Assembly: GCA_964406615.1 (NCBI GenBank)
Contig: CAYOSI010000008.1
Location: 4,031 to 68,030 of the forward strand
Source of the DNA: an uncultured Oscillospiraceae bacterium
GTDB lineage: Bacteria; Bacillota; Clostridia; Oscillospirales; Oscillospiraceae
Reading direction: 5' to 3'
DNA length: 64,000 nt
In this document: positions 59,914-64,000 of the stretch, piece after piece
Layout of the letters: each line of letters opens with the position of its first letter
How positions within the stretch are numbered: position 1 is the stretch's first letter
The notes under the pieces: generated by a model
The model's input: the letters and a program-made list of their open reading frames with translations, nothing else
Databases searched by the model: none
What the model was told of the DNA's origin: nothing
Translations under genes and position numbers: made by a program

Positions 59914-59973
59914 TCAAGGGCTGCAGGGTTCTTGATCAATGATGCCGTGGCAAACGAAAAGTATTTTAATCAT
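59914..59973 (-). pseudogene. displaced original 5' end of the LMW-PTP gene (19-codon stub)
   Basis: The minus strand reads GGAGGATTTTTGTTT ATG ATT AAA ATA CTT TTC GTT TGC CAC GGC, encoding MIKILFVCHG. It then diverges and stops. The intact gene begins [10 protein letters not shown]. Confidence 0.65.
59943..59954. repeat. att core copy (right junction)
   Basis: TGCCGTGGCAAA, identical to 12785-12796. Confidence 0.6.
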
Positions 59974-60084
59974 AAACAAAAATCCTCCTAAAATGCGGTG
60001 CAGAGACTGAGGGGCTGCTGCCATTTTATCATAAACAGCGAGTTTTGTGGAGCGCAATGTGGAGGATGGGCGAAGGGCGGCGTC

Positions 60085-61284
60085 CTATTTTTGGTAAGAC
60101 TTATACAGTATGGGCTGAAGGATCATGCACAGGACGGCATACGCAGGAATGATAACGGCGGCTATGGTGGTCACGCTGCCTCCCAAGCTGACAAGTCCGG
60201 ACTCCTTTATATCAATATAGACCTCCAATAGCTGGTCAGGAAAGAAGGAACACAATCCCGGAAGCGTGATGATCCTGCTTAAAAACGGGAGCGCGCACAA
60301 CACAATAAATGGAACAATAATAGCCGTCGGTGTGGAATGTGTCCATGCCGACACCAGCATGGACAATGTGGAGGAGAATAATGTGCCGACATAACCGCCT
60401 GCCACGATCAGTAAATATGCCTGTAAAAGGGTCACATTATATACGCTTCTCCACAAAGCCAACTGGATCGGACAGTCAGCGCCGTCGGCTCCCAGCACCA
60501 AAAGGACGATCAGCGTATATAAAAATACAAAAGCCGCATAGAAAACCGAAACAATGGCGAAGCCTGCCGCAATTTTTGATAGGGTTCCTTTGCCTCTTCC
60601 CAATTTGGTTGAGAAGAAAATAGCATCCGCTTTTGTCTGAAATTCGTCTGAAAATATTCCGGATACAAAGAATCCGATCACCAATGTCAAAATCAATATA
60701 AATGTGGAAATATTTTGCAGCAAGGCAGACCAGCCGTCCATATATTCATAATAAAAGGGCGTTTCCAGGCTTTCATATTGCTGAATCAAAAACCTTTTTT
60801 CTTCGTCTGTGAAGGTTTCTTCTCCGGAATCAAGCCATGCTTTTAAAGTGGAGATCCTCCTTTCATAAATCGTCCCCGCTTCGTCCTCCGAAACATTATC
60901 AGCCGCAAAATAATCATAATCCCTATATTCGCTGAATGCGTGATTGATGACATCCCGGATCGTTGCAATTCCCTGCTTTTTTGCATATGCTTTATCCTGC
61001 TCCGCTATATCGTCGGACAGGGCTTCTTTAGAATGGTTGATTTCCCCGTTTTCTGCAAGAACCTTGCGGAATACGTCTTCGGTCAGATACCCGGCCCATT
61101 CGTTTTTCGCGTCTCTAAGATTTTTTGCCGCCGAGATGCCGGTCGAATGATTTCCGTTTTCATCCACATACTCGACCCGGTTGATCGTTAAAATACTGGT
61201 CGCGATCAGTATCACAAGCAGGACAGCCATTGTTATTCTGTTTTTTGACCTGGAAAATACCTTCTTTATCTCAAATCGAAGCAT
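60085..61284 (-). CDS. ABC-2-type transporter permease
   Basis: MLRFEIKKVF followed by TM segments. The start lies 1 nt after the ATPase stop (TAACATG). Low GC. Confidence 0.75.
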   Translation of the reverse strand: MLRFEIKKVFSRSKNRITMAVLLVILIATSILTINRVEYVDENGNHSTGISAAKNLRDAKNEWAGYLTEDVFRKVLAENGEINHSKEALSDDIAEQDKAYAKKQGIATIRDVINHAFSEYRDYDYFAADNVSEDEAGTIYERRISTLKAWLDSGEETFTDEEKRFLIQQYESLETPFYYEYMDGWSALLQNISTFILILTLVIGFFVSGIFSDEFQTKADAIFFSTKLGRGKGTLSKIAAGFAIVSVFYAAFVFLYTLIVLLVLGADGADCPIQLALWRSVYNVTLLQAYLLIVAGGYVGTLFSSTLSMLVSAWTHSTPTAIIVPFIVLCALPFLSRIITLPGLCSFFPDQLLEVYIDIKESGLVSLGGSVTTIAAVIIPAYAVLCMILQPILYKSYQK

Positions 61285-61285
61285 G

Positions 61286-62158
61286 TTAATCACCGGTTCT
61301 TTCTCCAAAGTAATACAAAAACACATCTTCCAAGGATGCCTCTGCGCTTTGGGCGTTTGCATATGGCTTTTCGCGCGAAATGATTCTAAGGGCAACACCG
61401 CTCGCTTCGGATTTTATATTGGAAATTTTATATCTTTCCATCAAAACAGGTACCATGCTCTTTTCTACGAAGCATTCCCAAACCGTTTCCGGCATGGAAT
61501 CTATCAGTTCCTCTGCCGTCCCTTTGTGCATAATTTTTCCGTCGTTCATCAGCCAGATTTCATTGACTATATATTCGATATCCGAAACGATATGCGTCGA
61601 TAGCAGTACGAGCCTGTCCTCGGAAAGCTCGCTGATTAAATTGCGAAAACGGATTCTTTCGTTAGGGTCAAGTCCCGCTGTCGGCTCATCAAGTATCAGA
61701 ATTTTGGGATTATTCAGCATAGCCTGTGCGATTCCCGCCCGGCGCTTCATACCGCCGGATAATTTTCTCATCTTTTTATGCGCTGCATTGGATAAGCCAA
61801 CCTTAGAGATCAATTCTTTTACCCGCGTCTTTGCAATAGCCGGTCGGATTCCTTTCAACGATGCGATATAGAGCAAATAATCCTGTACTGAAAATTCCGG
61901 ATAAAATCCAAATTCCTGGGGTAAATAACCCAATAACCTGCGGTATTCACCGTCCATTTCAAAAATATCTTTTCCATTGCAGCGAATCGTTCCGCATGTA
62001 GGCTTTAACAGGGTGCACAGCATCCGCATCAGCGTTGTTTTTCCTGCTCCGTTTACTCCCAAAAGACCATAAACACCGCTTTTCATGGTAAGATTGATAT
62101 GGTTTACAGCGGTGAAATCTCCAAATTTTTTTGTTAAATCGTCAAGCTCTAATTTCAT
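61286..62158 (-). CDS. ABC transporter ATP-binding protein
   Basis: GLLGVNGAGKTT, LSGGMKRR and ILILDEPTAGLD. ATG at 62158 lies 9 nt after GGAGG. Confidence 0.9.
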   Translation of the reverse strand: MKLELDDLTKKFGDFTAVNHINLTMKSGVYGLLGVNGAGKTTLMRMLCTLLKPTCGTIRCNGKDIFEMDGEYRRLLGYLPQEFGFYPEFSVQDYLLYIASLKGIRPAIAKTRVKELISKVGLSNAAHKKMRKLSGGMKRRAGIAQAMLNNPKILILDEPTAGLDPNERIRFRNLISELSEDRLVLLSTHIVSDIEYIVNEIWLMNDGKIMHKGTAEELIDSMPETVWECFVEKSMVPVLMERYKISNIKSEASGVALRIISREKPYANAQSAEASLEDVFLYYFGERTGD

Positions 62159-62903
62159 AAAACGACGCCTCCAAATATCTGCTGTATTTTCTGAAAATTC
62201 GATGAACGGAAAAGGCAAGAAAAAGTATTGCCGATCCCAATAAAATGCACCATATTGGAATTGTTATCATCACATATATTTTTTCGTTCAGAACAATAAA
62301 CAGCCATATTGTACTCCATATAATACATAGGATCACGGCAGCCGCTTCACTAAAAGCATGTTTACTGCATAGGATTCCAAAGCATATGCAGGCAGTTATA
62401 CAAAGCGGAAACAAAAATTGAATAACCAGCTCCAATAATTCAAAATGGAATCCGGCTGAAGCGGCTCCCAAAAACAGGGTAATCAAACAAATATCGACAA
62501 TGCCGAACAGCAGCATTCGCGCTGCATATACCTGTTTAAGCGAATAATAGGAAGCGGCTTCTATTTCCATGCATCCGCATGATCTGTTTTTCCATAATTC
62601 AGGGATAATAAGAATTACAAACAGGGATGCCGCCACGCCCATGCTTTTTTTCATGTATACTTCCTCTTGCATAGAGCTTAATGCAATCCACAATGCCATT
62701 AAAATCAGGAATTGAAGAAGCCACCATCGTTTTTGCGTAACTTTTAACTGTGTCCATAAAAATTCATGATAGGGTAACATTTTGTCTTGTTCTGCTATAA
62801 AAAAGGCTTTTTTTGATTTCTGAATGGTTTCTTGTATTTTTTCCTCTTGAGATTTTATCTGCATGACTTCCTTATACATTTTCATTTTTTCTTCCAGATG
62901 CAT
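62142..62903 (-). CDS. polytopic membrane protein (anti-sigma-factor-like position)
   Basis: Has a cytoplasmic N-terminus followed by several TM segments. It overlaps the ECF sigma stop. RBS GGAGGAG. Confidence 0.6.
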   Translation of the reverse strand: MHLEEKMKMYKEVMQIKSQEEKIQETIQKSKKAFFIAEQDKMLPYHEFLWTQLKVTQKRWWLLQFLILMALWIALSSMQEEVYMKKSMGVAASLFVILIIPELWKNRSCGCMEIEAASYYSLKQVYAARMLLFGIVDICLITLFLGAASAGFHFELLELVIQFLFPLCITACICFGILCSKHAFSEAAAVILCIIWSTIWLFIVLNEKIYVMITIPIWCILLGSAILFLAFSVHRIFRKYSRYLEASFYEIRA

Positions 62904-63450
62904 GGTTCTCCTCCTCTCGCAGCAGTTTTTCTAACTGTTTTTTGCCTGCCCTAAGCCGATACTTTGCCAAAGGCAGTCCAATCTGCAGTACGTGGGCAAT
63001 TTCGGTTAACTTCAGTTCCTGAAAATAATAAAGCACCAGCACCTCGCTTAACTCATCAGGCAGTTGTTTCAATGCCTGCTCAATATAGATTTTGTTTAGA
63101 ACATTCTCTACTTGATGCTCCGGCAAATTTTTTTCCGATACTGATTCGGTTTCTTCTATGGGAACCTCTTTTCTTTTCTTCCAATAGTCTTTACACAAAT
63201 GGCTGGCTATCGTATATAAATAATTCAGTGTTTTCCCTCTGAAATGATAATCAGACAATTTTGTGAAAAAGCGTACAAAGGTTTCCTGGGTCAAATCCTC
63301 TGCGTACGTTTTGTCAGAACAATGGTAATGAAAATAGCTTAAAATTTTCGGATAATATTTGCGGACGAACAAATCAAGCGCATGATCGTCGCCCTGCTTC
63401 ATTTTCTGGATTAGCAGAAAATCACTGTACACAAAATTCTCCTTTCCCAT
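62872..63450 (-). CDS. ECF-type sigma-70 family factor
   Basis: IQKMKQGDDHALDLFVRKYYPKI...AEDLTQETFVRF (region 2) and a region 4 HTH (ELKLTEIAHVLQIGLPLAKYRL). An alternative GTG start at 63432 has a better RBS (AAAGGAG). Confidence 0.8.
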   Translation of the reverse strand: MGKENFVYSDFLLIQKMKQGDDHALDLFVRKYYPKILSYFHYHCSDKTYAEDLTQETFVRFFTKLSDYHFRGKTLNYLYTIASHLCKDYWKKRKEVPIEETESVSEKNLPEHQVENVLNKIYIEQALKQLPDELSEVLVLYYFQELKLTEIAHVLQIGLPLAKYRLRAGKKQLEKLLREEENHASGRKNENV

Positions 63451-63608
63451 TATCAGGAGTTCAAAACATGGACCCCTTCTGCAATGTATAACGAGCGGGG
63501 GGCACGAAAGGATAGTATGTAAACGAATTTTTCAGGATTTCAGTTGGAAGATAAGAAGCGAGTGTCCAAACAGCATCTTTCCAATGCGTTCAGAACACTC
63601 GCAGTGTG

Positions 63609-63995
63609 TTAGGTCGTCACGATCAAGTTGCTATAATATTCGGCGCTCCCTGACAAGACATTATCGTAAAACTGTTGTTTCCCGTCAATATAAGCGATGC
63701 TTGCGTTCAGCTCCTCAATGGCCTTCAATAGGTTATCCCGTTTTCTCGCGAGGATGGCTTTGCGTTCAGGTATGGAATCCGGCCCTTCCATACAGAGGGA
63801 AAGGTATACCTTCATTTCTTGAAGGCTCATACCGCAGGCTTTTAAGCAGGTCAGGCTTTTGATCCAAGCGATATCGCGATCATCAAAGATGCGATAGTTA
63901 TTATGGTTGCGTTTTACGTTGGGAACCAGACCTTGATTGCAGTAAAATTTTAAAGTTTCATATGATAACCCGGTTTCCTTGCAGGTTTGCTTCAT
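63609..63995 (-). CDS. MerR-family transcriptional regulator
   Basis: The N-terminal HTH reads CKETGLSYETLKFYCNQGLVPNVKRNHNNYRIFDDRDIAWI. Confidence 0.85.
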   Translation of the reverse strand: MKQTCKETGLSYETLKFYCNQGLVPNVKRNHNNYRIFDDRDIAWIKSLTCLKACGMSLQEMKVYLSLCMEGPDSIPERKAILARKRDNLLKAIEELNASIAYIDGKQQFYDNVLSGSAEYYSNLIVTT

Positions 63996-64000
63996 GCTAT

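Larger units (their letters stand above)
12785..59954. mobile_element. ~47-kb integrated element (mobilizable backbone plus cargo, possibly accreted) in the 5' end of the LMW-PTP gene
   Basis: There is a 12-bp direct repeat TGCCGTGGCAAA at 12785-12796 and 59943-59954. The PTP 5' end is duplicated at 59943-59973. int reads outward at the left end. GGTGTAA repeats occur at both ends, and GC drops at the right border. Confidence 0.6.

Overview
All family assignments come from reading motifs by eye; no homology search, RNA folding or GC computation was run. The window is high-GC, Firmicutes/Clostridia-type DNA with GGAGG ribosome-binding sites, Tn916-type Int/Xis and cell-wall-binding repeat proteins. 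It splits into three parts.
(1) nt 1-12.8 kb is ordinary chromosome. It holds a surface protein with three 186-bp tandem repeats, a sulfatase/LTA-synthase-like protein, argH-argG, an FAD oxidoreductase, DUF1292, a glycine-riboswitch-controlled alanine/glycine:cation symporter, a YeiH-like transporter and a low-molecular-weight protein-tyrosine phosphatase (LMW-PTP).
(2) nt ~12.8-59.95 kb is a ~47-kb insertion into the 5' end of the LMW-PTP gene.
- It is bounded by a 12-bp direct repeat (TGCCGTGGCAAA), and a displaced copy of the gene's first ~10 codons plus its RBS sits at the far end.
- Its left 6.8 kb is an integrative mobilizable backbone: Tn916-like Int and Xis, MobV relaxase, P4/D5-type primase-helicase, XRE regulator and a sigma-70-like factor. 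No conjugation genes are present.
- The remaining ~40 kb is cargo: a flavoprotein/ferredoxin/rubredoxin-reductase-like redox operon with a lipoprotein esterase, two MarR regulators (one His/Cys-rich), a heterodimeric ABC exporter, a MATE pump and a membrane-spanning AraC regulator.
- The cargo also carries a 22-kb co-directional cluster. It combines an Opp/Nik-type importer with about ten hydrolases (two tannase-like, three esterases with Ig-like N-terminal domains, a type-B carboxylesterase, two ceramidase-like, an MBL and a NIF3-like protein) and DUF2798 membrane proteins.
(3) nt ~59.96-64 kb is an abruptly lower-GC segment with an ABC-2 transporter, an ECF sigma/anti-sigma-like pair and a MerR regulator.
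The best candidate for something new is the mobile hydrolase/import/redox island and the way it rebuilds its target gene. Many long ORFs in the track are antisense artefacts of GC-rich coding DNA.
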